Part shown: positions 1-15,284 of the stretch, piece by piece
Layout of the letters: every line of letters begins with the position of its first letter
Numbering within the stretch: the first letter of the stretch is position 1
NCBI GenBank assembly: GCA_040954595.2
Contig: CM082594.2
Location: 11,660,276-11,724,275, forward strand
Reading direction: 5' to 3'
DNA: 64,000 bases
Origin: Balanoglossus misakiensis
Taxonomy: Eukaryota; Animalia; Hemichordata
Program-made: the position numbers and the translations under genes
The notes under the pieces: generated by a model
The model's input: the letters and a program-made list of their open reading frames with translations, nothing else
The model's database searches: none
Told to the model about the DNA's origin: nothing

Positions 1-3000
1 GTAGAATTACGAACAAATACTACAGCATGTACTAGTGTATGCATCACTGAAATTCTGTCTTCGGGCCAGCACACAGCGCATCATTCTCACAGGATGATGC
101 CTTGTCGTTGTGGGACTAGCCTGCCACAAGGTAGACAGAAACATACAGTCTTACAAAACAAGAAAAAGGTTGGCACTGAGGCAGTTTACAGCTCTGTTGC
201 AAAGTCGATATCACGGGAGACTTCCGTCGAGACTTTCCGCCCCTGTCGTGCCAGTAGCATAAAAGTACTGCCAATACTTTTTTCTTAGCCGAAATATTCA
301 GGCATACAAAAAATTGTCTGAGTCAGACCATATTCTGCCCAGAATTCTGACATTGTTAGTCATTTCTGCGCCAAGAGATGTCATCATAGATCTCACTCGG
401 CCTTCACATTCCAGTAAGTACTGCATGGAAACGAGGCAACCCGAAGCTCGTTTGCATCACTGGCATCGAAACACTGTTACAGCGTTGACAGAACAACACT
501 TGAATTGCTAACTCAATTGAAGTCATATCCTTTGAAGACACGAAGCATACATATCCCATAAAAAGGTGTCACTGCAGAGTGACTGAAGTTCACGGCCAAT
601 CTCTGTGTTGGATTAATGCAGTTTCAACTCGACATACCTTGTCTATGTTGAGTACCTCATGAATGATTCCAGAAACGTTGCGGTTCCTTGTGTTGGATCT
701 GAGTACACAAGTAAAATATAGACCCCTGGGACCGAAAGATACTTTCGTTCTGCATTCACACCCTGAGTGTGTGACTGGAATATTTCTGCACAATTCCACT
801 CGTTTTTAGCACAGTGGTTTTGTGCGCGGACGACTTGTTTGCTACGTGAGTAGGTCTGGGTTGGAATCCCGTAAAATGCAAGTGGAGATTCAAGGGTAGG
901 AGGGTGTTCATGTTGAAAATCACCAATTGGGTGACATTCATATGGTTGGCATTTGATCATTGCACAACTAAACAGCAGCCTTGGTGCGTTGGCGAGAAGT
1001 AATCTGAACAATAATGAGTCCTCAGTGATGTCTAGATTACATCTGGAGACGTCAAAGCTGGCTTACATGTAGGACTTCGTTACCTGGCATTTCTATGGCT
1101 TTTGTGAATTGTCTAACTCTCATCTTACAATTCATCTTACAATTCGGTGAAGTTCAGTTAGAACTTCATTTACTCGCCCCTTTGTTGGCTGCAAGAAAAC
1201 CAGGTTTGATGGCATGTGATCTGATCACTACCTATAAACGGCTCCCGAGGAATCATCTCTGTTACAGGGTCTGAAAAGTTAGATAAATGTCAGAGCTTTA
1301 TACTCACAGGTCTGAATAGGTCTTAGAATACAGCCATGCAATTTGATCTGTTTCCAGTTTGTATTAAAACACAGGTGTAAACACTTAGTTTTACATAAAG
1401 ACAGTGGCGTATACTATCAATTTACAAGACCTGACGCACAGGCTCCGTAGATCCGATTTCTGTGATGTACACTTCCACTGTTTGCCAGTTTTGATGATAC
1501 AAAACTGAATGACTGTGTGGAGAATGTCAGACTTTTGCAAAAAAGCCCATTGTGCACGGACCTGTAGATACAGGGTATCTCTTTCATGCAGAACTCAACA
1601 CCTCTGATGGTGGATGTATATATACAGCGGTGTAAGTTTTACACTTGTGTGTACAAACCAGTGGTCTCAGCAATTACAGACTTTGCGGACACATAAAAAT
1701 CATTACCTCCAGGATCACTGAAATTGCTCATTATACTGGCACGTGACCAAGATCGAGATTAGCGAAGTTGTAGGCGGGCTTGACGCATGCGTGATTCTGA
1801 TGAACGTATATGTAGTCGACAATATACCTGGACGTTCATCTCCGCTACCAAACACAAACACTGTCAACCCTTGTTGGTTATGGGTTGCCGAGATCCATCC
1901 ATCCATAGAGAGCGTTCATTAAACACTCTACTCTGACTGTCGGAAGACTTTGCCGCAGACGAAACAACACTGGTTTCTGTGCCATTGCGTTGTAAGTAAA
2001 GGCAATTTAATACTTCTTTTGTCAGTTCTAGCGAGGGAAAATCAGTTACCTGTATGTTCAATCAAGTTTTACTTGTACCGTTCGCTTTTTTTCTCATTTT
2101 CTATTGAAAAGATAAATCTTTACTGCCAGACACTGGTGCAGGTAATTTTCCCATAGTGTATCCAACTCTCCCGTAAAGGTTGATGTTATTAAGAGCCATT
2201 CAATGATAACCGTAAATCATTGGTACGTAATGGTTACATACATGGTTTTCATTATCTACCCACTTTTTAATGTACATTTTATTAGCTCGAGATCTGTTCT
2301 AGGTTCTTGCTGCCATGGTTACTCGTATGTTAGGAAGGTGCTCGTAGATTTGCGAGTTTGATTACCCATGAGGTTATATGCTATAAAACATCTTTCGCAG
2401 ATGCAATAGGGAAGCGGGTGCATTGTGTGCTTGCTCGTTGAAAACTCATCAGTGATTGAACAAAGCGGTCATTAAGGTACGAAGTAAGCAAATACAATGT
2501 CTATTGTGTTTTATGTTAAAATAACTTATGTTTCCACAAGTATTCAACTTGTTCATCATGGCTCACAGTCTGATACAAGCGCAACAAAACGCGTTATAGC
2601 ATTCACGCCAACGGATAGTGTTACATCAACTTTTCTGGTTGAAATATCGGTTCGGGGTGAATTTTCGACCAGGAGAACCGTCGTTAACTTTAATCGCCTT
2701 GTAACAGGTTTTGAATGGGTTTCGTCTCTGTCAGTGTCAGAAATTTCAGAATAAAAGCTGAAATCTAAGATGATTTACATTCTCTCCATGTGGCATTGCA
2801 ACTAAAATGTTCAGTATTCATTTTAATGCGCAACTCTCCTTGATAAGTGTCATGTCACAACGAGTTGGTGTAAATCACGAGCTTTTTCAAAAGGCACGTT
2901 TTCACTTTAGAATAAGGGTTTTGCATTTTGAAAAGAGCTGCACATGCTCTAGATTTGTAAACGCTGGGACTATTTGTTCTCGAGTATCTGAGGATTGTTG

Positions 3001-6000
3001 ATGTTATTCACGTAATGGTGATGTGTGGGGTTGAATAGATGATTTTCCGCTCGTTGCGAGATCTCGCGAGACGTGGTTAAAACTCGTAGCAGCGGCTTTT
3101 TGAATATAGCCTAACGATCAATGAGTATATATTCGATAATTTCGAGGAAATTGTGTCTTTTTGTAATCCTAAGATTTGGCAAACTAGGGTCATTGCAGTT
3201 GAAGATCTTCGCGCTCATTTCTCGTAAAAATTAGCAACTGGGCGATTTGTTTGACTTGTATGTGATTGGACGGTGTCCTGCTGTGTGTGAAGCTTCAACT
3301 GGAAAGTCTTGTTTTTTTATGTGTCAGTAGGGCAAATTAATTTGACTTCCAAATGGTTATAGCCGATGTAATCATTCCTCTCCCTCGCATATCTGTAGCC
3401 ATTAAAATGTACTTAAACTATCGATATGCATAGGTACAAATGTCTGAGTCATTTAATTTGAAGATAATGGTGGTACATGTATATAAATGACTTTAATGAC
3501 TTTAATGACAAACCGTGTTTTGTTTAAAATGCCCTTTATGCTTTCTGTGGCTAGACTGAATGTTGCGGTGTCTCATTTTCTCGACCAGAAACCGGCGTTT
3601 CAGATTGCTTATGTCATAAATTGTCAATGACAGATCACAGGTTGGACTATTGAAAGAAATATCTCGCGCAAATTTGCCGTCTTCGACATCGCAGCTGGTG
3701 AAGTCACAAAGCCTGGAAGAGAAAGATGTAGTGTCGCTTTGCCCTCATTTTTGTCGTTATTACATTTTTCAACGACATCAAGTTTTACAATAAGCTGCTG
3801 ATTTGTCATATCTTCGAGGTTGTTTTCCTCAAGAAATCTTTTCTGGGTAAAAGAAATCTAGGTTCTGTCAGAGTCTAGTTAACTAATAATGCATAACAAG
3901 GTTCCAATTTGCAACGTTTTCACATTTTAACAAGTACCAAAAATGTATAGCAGCTCCGGTCAATGTCAACTATTCATGGCGAAACCCGAGTGCTCACAAA
4001 GGCACCGTTGCCATTTATGAATTCGTATTCTTCTTTCCACTGTTAGAATGTCATCTCGTCATTGAGTTTAACTCCTTTTCAGTTACACGCATGTGTGCTC
4101 TTAAAAACCACACATCCTGTCGCAGTCTTTCCACCACCAATGATTCTGTTTGTGCAGTGGAGTGACGAGGAAGAGAACTCAAACAAACCAACAGAGAATC
4201 ACGACAGGCCAGATAATTGAAACCATCTAAACCTTGACGATATATTCTCGTTCATTCGAACAACTAGATATAAAAGGTCTGAAACCTTGGGGTTTTACCA
4301 ATGCAAATTGTGTATGTTAACTTTTGTTTTCTTCTTCGTTAAAATTTGGTATCTGGTAACACCATCAAGGCGACTTGCAGATAAAAAGAAATCCGAAACA
4401 TTAGAATGAACGTGTTGCAAATTTGATGGTCAAAGCTATCTGTTTAGACCCAGATATTAGTGAGATAGTTACTTCTTTTCACTTGAGAAACTTGAGAAGG
4501 ACGTTAGAGCAACTCTTAAATTGCACTTCCAGTGTGAAATGATTTTGTAACAAAAGCGTTTGGTGATGACTAGCCTTCGTGTGTAACCGTTGCTTCACAG
4601 TTTCTTGTGAATTGTTATCAGCAGAAAGCTTCGAATATTTAAGCATGCTTCAAAAGAGTATGTGCTGCTAAACCTGGGTCGTCAAGCTATCATTGCGAAA
4701 AAAAAACTTGCGATAAGTAAACCGATAATGGTTCGAGATAAATTTCTGCACCACGAAATGTATGGTGACGAAAACGAACTAACAGAGCTATCTGAACAGG
4801 AATGACGCAGTGATGTGCCTGGTCACACTGAGAGCACTCAAAAGGAGTTGCTTAGCAACGAAATGTTCAAAGTATACAACAAGACATTGTGAGAGAAACG
4901 TCACGCGTAGCACAATTTCACTTTTCCATTTACAGATAAATTTGGCCAATAACCTTTCTGATGACTTCCACAAACATTCTCTTCAAAACAAATTATATGC
5001 ACTAGTGCGATGTAAAATATAATAAGATCACTCGTTAAAAAAATTCCCGGATTTGAAAAAAAAATCAAGGTGAAAGCAATCTTGTACATTGTCTGCAGAA
5101 TATGTTTCTTAAATTCTAATGAACTAAGGTGTGTTGATCGATTGCGATTATATTCTCATAAAACTCCCTTGTGAATTATTGATTCGCGTCGTGCAAGTAC
5201 GTGTGAAGTTAGGAATGCTTCAGACTTGTGGATTGTAAACTCTCAGAGAAATTTGTTTTTAATTGCAGTTAAACGATAAAATGCCTTTCCTAAGGCGTAA
5301 ATATTTATACGGTGAATGTCGTCGTCTCGTTGCGCGACTTCGATGTTATTAAATGTGGTTTAATTTACTACTTCACGAGCCTATACCAGTAACTTGTATG
5401 GCAACTTCATTCATCACTGGCTCTCGAGATAACATGTAAAATGAAAGGTAAAACATGGTGTTGTGGTGTTGACACATCGTTAGTCAACCTTAAGTAGGAG
5501 ATTGCGTGCGGTTAATAATTTCATTGGTGTTTTGCTGAAAGTGAACGATCCTGTTATTTCCACATGAAGAGCACGGCTTGAAACTTTCTTTGTAAACACA
5601 GTAATGAAATTTGCGATGCCTTCAATGGACACGATCGTTGTGTGCACGCGTCCCTTCGCTCATTTGGTGCGTGGAATATTGTCATGCGCCCAGTAGTGAG
5701 ATTTGTGTTGTTGTAAGTTTGGAGATGGTGCTACTTATGACACGTTCGGACTTTACTGAATATTATTATCTCAAAGCTTGTACATTATGCCAATACTAGG
5801 TGGATTCACTTCTTGACAATCGTGTTCAAACCTGTTCTTTGGCTATCTCTAGCAGATTCCTGGGAGTAACTTGAATCAGATGTGAAGCCAAATTGGATGG
5901 CCTCGTCGGTAGGCACCTATTCCCAGCACGTCCAAGACGAATTCGTTTTGTAGCTGCTAAGAAGAACCGAATGCTGCAAATACATTAACTGATTGGAATT

Positions 6001-9000
6001 AAGAGTGGCTGAAAGTGGAGACATTGGTTATATCTTTTAAGTTTGTATTGGAGACGTCTTGTTTATAGAAGGTAAGTCCTTGTAGGTTTTTTCCTATCAT
6101 TACAACAGAATTTTATTGCGTCTTCCACTTGCGATCTGTTCAAGAGTACGACATAAGAGTCACGGCATCTTGTGTATTCCCTATCCCCTATCTGTTGCAC
6201 ATTATCCTAGCTGGGTTTCGGGTACGTGGTCAGCGGTAAGAAAACTGGCGCCAGGAAAGTACAAATTTAGATGTCCTGTCTTCCAGCGATGCGTGTTTTC
6301 AGGATTACGTGAAATTACGCAAAACCTGGAGACTGATCCCTCGAAATTAAAACGAGAGACTATCTGAGACCCCGGGCTTAAACACAGTTAACATACCTTA
6401 ACCATTTTGATATGGCCTCGTTACCGCTGGAGACGGGCGGGGAAATCGAGTGTAGACTTGAAAGAAATAACATGTCATTCAAAATGTTCATGTTGAGCTT
6501 GAAGTTGGAGTGGGGACCTGAAATTCTCCGGGATCTCTTTAAAATATATCATGTTGAATGAAAGGAACGCGTCAGGAACGTATAGATAGACCCAATCAGA
6601 GAAAGCTTAATGCATTGACAAATATCTGACTGCAAATGGCGATAACAAGCTAACCTTCCAAAGCGAACTGACATGGTTGTCCCCGTAAAATACAAACCAA
6701 TTCATCAACTTGTAGCCGTCAATAGCGTCGTACTTCTCCTATCGCAAACAATCCTAAACGCAATCTTTGGTTTGCCTGTCCTCTTATCAAAGATGTCTAA
6801 TCCAAAGATTGACTTGCGTGTGATCCGAAATGACTCATTACCAATCAACAGTCACCTCAGCTACAACTGACGTATCTTGTTACGCTGGGGACATGATCCA
6901 GTGGTTTTGTGTTATACTTTGATGGACGTGGGAATAAAATCGCTGTAAATCATTATATTCTAATTAGGTATTTTGCTTGGCTAATACTACACTTCAACAG
7001 TCAATAAATCTACTATAGTTCATAAAAATGAAATTTTCCCCATCCTCTAACAATTGCAATCAGGAACATAATTATAGGCTAAGGTCAAATAATCATATCC
7101 CTGCTGTGTTTGGTAATATTGAATAATTTATAATACACACAAAGGTAATATTAGATCAGCCTCAAGCTGTATTTGGCTTGCAATTTGGGATAAATTATTG
7201 ACAACCACCTGTCAACTATCAGCTTCTTGGTAGAGGATTTTGGTAATTCAGAATGAACTACTATACTGCCAGAGAAATTTCACTTTAAACCAACCAGATG
7301 TTCTACCGTATATACGGCCACAAGGCTCAAATGCAACTTGAGAAACAACATTTACTGAATTGCGAATGGAAGTTTTGTTGTGACGATACATGGCACATTC
7401 AGTTAGCCTCTAGGACTACTGTACATGTCAGTTTTTAGACTAATAATTTATAGGTCACTTCTCGTTTGGATTGACAATCAACGTCTCCTAAAATAGCTTT
7501 TTTTGCAATTTCTGTACGCGAAGATTTAGTCACAAATCAACGCTTAATATCTGGAACAATTTATTACCGATCAACTCACGTTTACACTAATTTAGCGTCA
7601 TCAACTGAGGTCGTTCTGTTATAATTTTGCCTGTATTGTCTGTATTGTGTTAGTCATAAAATGATGTTTTTTTACAACATGCGCTGAATCTGCCTCCAGC
7701 TTAGAATTTCACACACAAAGGGCTTCGTCGACATGGCTGTATTTTGTTCGAACAACGCTAAATTATAAAACTCTAATTGACTAGCCACAGGGTCTAAAGT
7801 GTTACTCTTCGGGGACTCTGCGATAGAAGACGCACGTTTTATTTCTGTTTGTGCCATGATCAACGCTTCACAGCCGTTTTAATAAACCTTATTATCCTCA
7901 CAGAAGGATACCTAGTTAAACCTGCTTCAAAAGTTCATTGTGTGGGTCACAAATGTTTCCAATTTACTGCAGCTCACTTAGTATTTTGAAAAAAAAATAT
8001 CGCCTTTACTTAAGAATTTTATTGGTGTTGATTATTGTCTGCTTGGTTTGTTGATTATCAAATGGGAAAAGACGTCTTTCCTCTGGAACATCTTACACCA
8101 GGGAAATAAGTTTGATATGAATGATATTAATCGGGAGAAATCGTTTCAATGGCATTTAGCTGGGAGAGTACCATCGAGGTTAAACAACCGATTTTCCAAC
8201 ATATTTTATAGCACGAATATGTCATAGTATGGAAAAGCATCGACCTTGGAATGTGATATGACACAAAATATGCAAATTATCCCGTGTAATTCTCAGGAAG
8301 CTCTTTATAGCTCTCACTTTCCCTTTATAAATTAAATTAGTATAAAACTCTACTTAATTGACTTGACACAAGAGCCCAGTGATACGCTTACAGACATTAC
8401 GCTAGAAATATCCATAATTGTGTTAGTTGGTTAATAAACTCACGGTCGCTGATTTCCAGCTCTGATAATGGATCATGTTACATTTCATCAGAACGATAGC
8501 TGAGCGGATCTGTATGAACGATTGAAAATGAATCTCTTATGTCGTTCAGGGTTTGACAGCCAGAATTCCAATGATGGATTGCAATGTTAACAATTGCGGT
8601 CTCACCAAGAAGCCCGTATGGTGCTTTAATTACCGAGGGAAAGTGATAACATTTCCGTGCGTCGCCGTTTACTTTGCAATTTAATTTTAGTTAAGTCGAT
8701 GCCTTATCCCCCAGGTTTTAGTAAAACTTCATGTTTAGCAAAAATGTGGTACATGCGGAGAGATTGGCTAGCTTGTTATTCTTTCATGTAGTGCATATGG
8801 GCCTAACATCTTTGCGTCTTTGATGCTGTATAGGCATAAAATGTTAAATCACTCCATAAAGTGGTTAAACTCTAGTAAACACGTGATTAAAAAATGTATC
8901 ATTGTAATCGTTGTTCAATAACATTTGTCATTTCAGCATAAATGTCACGATAGAAAAAGGAAAGTAGTAAATGTATAAGTATGATAGTATAAAACTTTAA

Positions 9001-12000
9001 TAACCTATTCATATCAAAACGATATCGATATATGTGTAATGACACTGTATCTAACACGATTGGAACTATCTTGGGATAACTGGCTGTGGATAAAATGTCA
9101 GAAGAGAACCTTGTAGGCCTACTTCGCCGCTGCTGTATAATATCATAGTGTGTTCAAACAATCGTGGCACACTTAATACCTACCCCTCCAACACATATGG
9201 CTCGTTTTAACACGTTTTAGCACGTATGCAATTACCAATTGTGTTATGTTCTGAGGAAATCGAAATCTGGGTTTTCCGATCATTTTGTAACCGCAGATGG
9301 AGACCTACATTTGCACGAGGCCACGATATCTCTGTTTCGTATTATTTGCAACGTTTCAAAGTGAGCACTTCACGTTTTACCGTTTGAGTCATTTGATCTG
9401 GTCACCGTGATTTTATTGATCTTGAAGTAGCGTAATGAATGAAATGACAGTTAATCAGTCATCTGAGCTCGACTCTCCTTTCGTCAAGTTCTCCGATCGC
9501 CGTAATCGTTGACAGACAATCGTTTCTATGTTGCATGTGATTTTGTGTCATGTCAGCTGACTCGGTATTGGCGTCTCTAAGTCTTATTTTTTTCTGTCGA
9601 CATAGTCCAATTTCAATGCTCTTAGAGTTAAGGCTTTGCTGGGTCTTTTTGACATGGTTTTCTGTCATAATCCATGGTTTAGATCGTTACTCTGCGTGGG
9701 GCACCTGTGCAATATGGCACGAGCTAAACGAGATATTAGACCTACAATCAACTCCTCTAGACTTCAGTTATGATGAGCTTTAATAGGCAATAACAAAACG
9801 AGGATTACCTGAAGTCACGTTGGGTAATGCTTTGGCACAAAGAAGTAAGACGCCGGCAAATACACCTGCATCTCAGCGTCGTAAAACAAATGACCTCTTT
9901 TTATTCAACAGCTGTTGCTAATCACCTTGTCACGATATGCCTCGGTTTATTCCGATCCGCGGGTAATACGCAGATTTCTCTCAACTGCTTGCTAATCTGA
10001 TTGGCAGTCTTGATGGTGAAAGTACATGCGATCAGACGAAGCACGAATGACAGTTAATTTTTAGACTGGCGCCAAGCGGATCGGTTTTAAATTTACGTGT
10101 GGTAGATTTCGATGGAATGTTCCCTTCCCTGTATGACTAAATGTGTACAATATAACTCCTTATAAGTTCCCCCAGTCGATATTCCTCATTAAAAACTAAA
10201 ATCTTCCATAGTCATATAGAAATGATGAAGAAGTCACGATTCTCATGGAAAATGTATATCCCGCGAAGTCTACATCTTTCCAGCTGAGGCTGCACCGATG
10301 AGACAGGATGTTTTTCGCGCGTCAGACTTGATTCAACCGCTCCCTGTTTTCAAATAGTTCAATATCTATGCATCACAAACAGTGCCATTATGACGAACAT
10401 CAAAATATTTTCTCATTAATATAGAATTATAAGAAGTTCCGCCATCCGCAAATGGGTTTTCTGGCAAGGAAGGAAGGAACTGTCTAATTTGGACTAGGAT
10501 GAGTACAAGGTGGAGAACAACAAATCTTTGTCATTTTTGTATTTTTGTTAGTCAGTAGGCCTACACAAGAAGTCAAAATTGTATGTCTCAGTCATTAACT
10601 GCAAAACTGCCAAGAGTTTCCACCTTTATTGGTTAGGTCGTAACCTTATATTGTTTTTGGATAGCTCATCTCATATTGTGCATCAGCTGGGGTTCCAACA
10701 ATGTACATAGCATTAAAGGTGCACAGTCACTAAGAGAGACGATGCAGTTAACATTTACGACCGGACGTGACTATCCGAGTTTTTTCTTATCGGGTTAACA
10801 GTGCATGTCAAGCACGTGACTTGCCAAAGTGACATTTTCGAAAGCGGTTGTTTCGTTGTAAAACATTTCATGGCAATCTGTTTCCATCGCAGGCTTGATC
10901 CAGGCATATTGTGACTGATAAAGCAGGTCTTGTTTAATACATGGTTTATCGCCAGTGAATTTTTGCTCAAGACTGGCAACGGTCTACCCCAAGAATATAA
11001 TGTCCGCACACGGTAGCTTCACTCAAGCACTTTGTTGAACTATTTTAGATCTTCGTCATCGAGGCATATACAAATGCATTGACGTCAAAGACTGTGGCAT
11101 CCTGTCATTACAAACTATATCTTGCATGGTGAACAGTGGTGACCTTCGTTGATTTGAAACACGATGATTTTACGTCAAATCTAGATTTGCGAGTTTTTTA
11201 AAGCACTGACTTGTCAAATGTTCACAAACCGTGAAATTATTTTGTTGATATTTTTGCAATGAAAATAATCGTCATGTGTACTGACAACGTGTATTTACCC
11301 AGTGATTTGTAGTCTGCTCGAACAACGTTCATGAAAAACAGGAAAAGATTTGCCTAGCATTTTAGGAGTTTCCGCTGTACTTTTTTTCAGATGACAGAGA
11401 AAATTTGAAACACGTGGAGCGAATTGAATTTGTCTTTAATGGTAGTTTCGTAACTGTGTCCTGTTTTGACAAGTTAAATGACGTTTACTCTAGAAGCTTC
11501 ATTGTGTCCACCACACTTGGCGCCTCTGTCGTAGTATTTAATCATCAGTTTTCCTGACTACCGCCAAGCTATAAAAACTCCAAATTTATTTCTGCGTGGT
11601 GGGGTGTTATTGAAACGGGGATTGGTTCACGCTCAGCTGTTTCAAAAATGATTTCGCTGAACCCAATTCCAAACATAAGATCGTCCCAATTTTTTCGGCC
11701 TCTATTATATGCATGTCATTTCGAAGCTACGGGGCAGTACATGCAATTATTGGAATGCCAAAATGTCATCCACTTTCTGAATGCTGTGGTGTAATCTAGA
11801 ATTAAATAATTCAAACCTGGGACTTAAGTATGCACGCCCAAGAGGTATATAGTGGGCATGGGAGCGCGTCCACACATCTTGACTTACGATGCCGTAAATC
11901 CACACATAATTGCTCGGACGGTACTTCTGAGACACCCCGGGGCTGTTATATCATTTACGTTCTCACTAACTATAGTCAATTTGATCTCACTTCATAGAAC

Positions 12001-12996
12001 GTTGGCAATCTTTACCATTTAAAGTGAATTTTCATGCGCACCAAATTAAGGGCATTGTGACATTTAAATGTCAATTTTGACGAATTGTAGCTACGTGCGT
12101 TGTTTTGTACTGACAAAGATTATATTGCTGCAAAAAGTGATACATTATTGTAAAATGTTTCTCTTTGGTTTTCTAAACCAGTTCCCAAAAAATAATCCGA
12201 TTTATAATAAGTGACTCGCGCAAATGAAAGAAATTCCACCTAAGTTGACTTTACATTGGATAAATATAGGTTACCTTGGCACAGTTATATTTTTTTGCCG
12301 ATATAACTAATCCTGGGAATTAAACTAAAACCGGCGCCCCTTAAGTCATTATCGCCTTTTCGGAGAATTCTAATTTCAGAGAGAAAAAACCCAAACAGCC
12401 AACGTTTCCAAAACTTCCTGTTGGTCACTTCGCAATAAACAGAATCCTTCAAGTTGACGCTCGGAGCTACCGGGATACGCGATTCTAGCAAAGTTCTCTG
12501 ACTGCACACATTCGTGACAGGAATTGACAATGACTTATTTGTTCAGCCACGTCTCCAAGTTTAGTGAAAAAACAGACTACTCAATGTAACTAATATCCTG
12601 TAGTTACCAAAGGGTTTTCTTGTATGTAATTGTTTTCATTCAAACCTCATCAGGTTAACGCCCCTGGTCAAATCTGTCCTTGCCTTGCCTCGTTTAATCT
12701 GTTATTGCTTAAACCTTTCTTGTATTACAAAAACATGTATTCTATAAGGTGTGTGTGTGTTACATACGTTGCCTGGGTGATTCCTTTCCTACGTGCGAAT
12801 GCAGAAGTACCAATCGTTATTACAGCGCCGGATTCAAACATTTATAAGCACCACGAGAGGCTAATGATCCCATTACAAATTCCAACCCTGAGTCATTCAC
12901 AGTAACAATGCGTTGAAGACACGAACAATAAATTAAATAATCTTTTCCAGCAACGCACTTCCAAAGTTTTAAATGAATGAAGCCCAACATAATTGA

Positions 12997-13287
12997 GCGG
13001 ATGGTTTTGGCATAATTCTGTGCTGTTATTATTCCCCTTTCTTGCTGCTACCGTGCTTGGGTCATTTTTTACATTAACGCGCATAACTAAGACGTGAATC
13101 CATAATAGAGATTATGGTGGTTTGGTGGACTCTTCAGAAACATAGCGACTAATTTGCACAACAATATAAATCTTAAGTGTGCGGATGTTTTTGGCACATT
13201 TCTGTGCTGCTATTATACCCTGCTTTTGCTGATTGGGCTAATTTTACATTAACTGAAAAGAGAATCCATATTATGGATTATGGTGAT
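12997..13287. repeat. Degenerate local direct duplication (~110-125 bp, two copies ~184 bp apart)
   Basis: gcggatggttttggcataattctgtgctgttattat...gaatccataat..gattatggtg at ~12997-13120 versus gcggatgtttttggcacatttctgtgctgctattat...gaatccatatt..gattatggtg at 13181-13287. Confidence 0.7.
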
Positions 13288-15284
13288 AGCAGAAAATTTG
13301 CCCTTTCATAAAACAGACAGTGTCATATAAAAGTTTTTGTAAAAAAACACTGGTTTTGCGTAATCAACGTGTTTTCATTTTTGACCACCTTCCCTTCGAT
13401 TTATTGGTGCAGAATTTTGCATCAAAGGTGAACATCCTTTCTTCTGATTTCAAAAAGATTCCCTCCACTCTTTCATATAGCATAGAATTGAAGGGTTGGG
13501 AGATAATCTGCCCCCAAGGAGCGTATAACTTTAACCAAAAGGAAAGAACAGTGTAATCTTCAAGGGGCAGTCAGGACTTTAAACAAACCAGGTAAAATTT
13601 ATCTTTAGAGACTCGATAATGATTACCACCTTGCTAGAGACAGCAGGTCAATTGAAGTTGTCCGTCTGGCTTTTATTTCCTCATTTTGTAATCATTACTG
13701 GAGATGAGGTAACACAAGGGTTTATAGTTGCACGAAATGAAGGACGAAAACGTGACTAAGCCTAAATTTCTGTCATCCGGTGATGGTAACACAGTGAGAT
13801 GTCGCCGTCTAGACGAAACAGACTGTCTCGTTACCTGTTTTATAGCCGTGATACTGCGACAGAATGCACTCCGAAACACTCTGCTAACGATCTGGAGAGA
13901 ATATGGGTGTGCATATTTCATAAAACGTGTATCTTTAAAACTGGGGTGGGGCATTCAAACAGCGGGTTATGAGTTTCATGTCGTGATCGTTATTTTGATT
14001 TGGCTGATTGTTTTTTGTGTGACCTGTCCTCCTTTCCACAAGAACCGGTACGCTGTGTTCTGGGTTCAAATTTTGTGACACACAAGACTTGATGACATAT
14101 AAGCTGATGACAGTGTACAGTATAGGCAAACTGTTCAATTCCCTAACAAAACATATACATGTATCTTTGAAACAAATGTGTTTGTCTATACTGGATGTTG
14201 GCTTTGCCATTGTTCTGTGATTGGTCTCTTGTACTGTATACTTTGCCATGACAAGGAAACACCGTTCTAAGTTTGCAAACTTTTATCATGTCACGTTACT
14301 GTTCGGCCTTGTTAAAGCTTATAATCTTCTATTTCTGAAGACAGGCCAAGCAGGAGCTCCATATCTGAAACATGTTAGGAATCAATAATTATCTTTTAAC
14401 GTCTTCTACGTGTTTAAGTACCAACTCTTGGTAATGGATTCGGGAATCGTACGTATAATGCATATTGAACTGTTAGTCCTTACGAAGTAATCCGGTCTGT
14501 CACGTTTTCTTGTAAATTGATGTCGTGTCTGCCCTGGGCCAGAATTTTGGTGTTGACGAAGGCGCGCGTGGTTTAAGTGTTTGTGGGACCGTCTGCACTG
14601 TTAACAGTAATTAACAACAAAATACCGTCTTGCTGTGGCCAGGGGGTTTATTGGAATGTTACTGAGTTGCCTAGCAACTATACGGTGTCTTTGCCAATTT
14701 ATGAAAATAATCTGACGAAATATGTTTCGATAAGAGTCGATGAAGCGAAGCGCTTACACATTTCCTTCGATCTAAGGGGCATTTCTTTGGATAAATGGTT
14801 TCCTGTATCATTATCGTTCGACGCTATTTTGTTGAAGTCTCGTAATAGAGATAACCCCTTCCATTCAGTTGACAGAATGTGCAGTTGTTGCGATAAGACT
14901 TGTTGAGAAGCCTGAAGAGTTGAAATATTTGCTTCAATCAAAGGCAGATTCATGCAAAATGTAAAACACACATTACAGATGTTTTGAAATCCTGTGCTTT
15001 TATTGAAAATGAACACATTGCCTAAACTGGCTTTACTGTTTCATTTTCATTCTATGATACATGAGACTCGACTCACACGGGGGTTGATGACAGAGAGCAA
15101 AAACCTCCGTTCGTCGTCCCCATCGTCTTTTCCACAAATGTCCATAAAATCTTTGCACATAGATGCATTTGCCTTCATTAACCCCAGTGTGTAAATGAGA
15201 GATACCTTTTTGAGAAGAACTTCAGAATGTTGACACCTTTGTATCTGTTATTATCTTCTGTTGACAGGGTTTCTTCAATTAAAG

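Noticed and set aside
10713-10730. TTAA-AGGTGCAC possible Kolobok/piggyBac-type terminus
   Set aside because: No matching inverted terminus was found.
1-15260. Numerous 60-120 aa ORFs in the first 15 kb
   Set aside because: No recognisable domains or consistent exon chains; lengths are as expected by chance.
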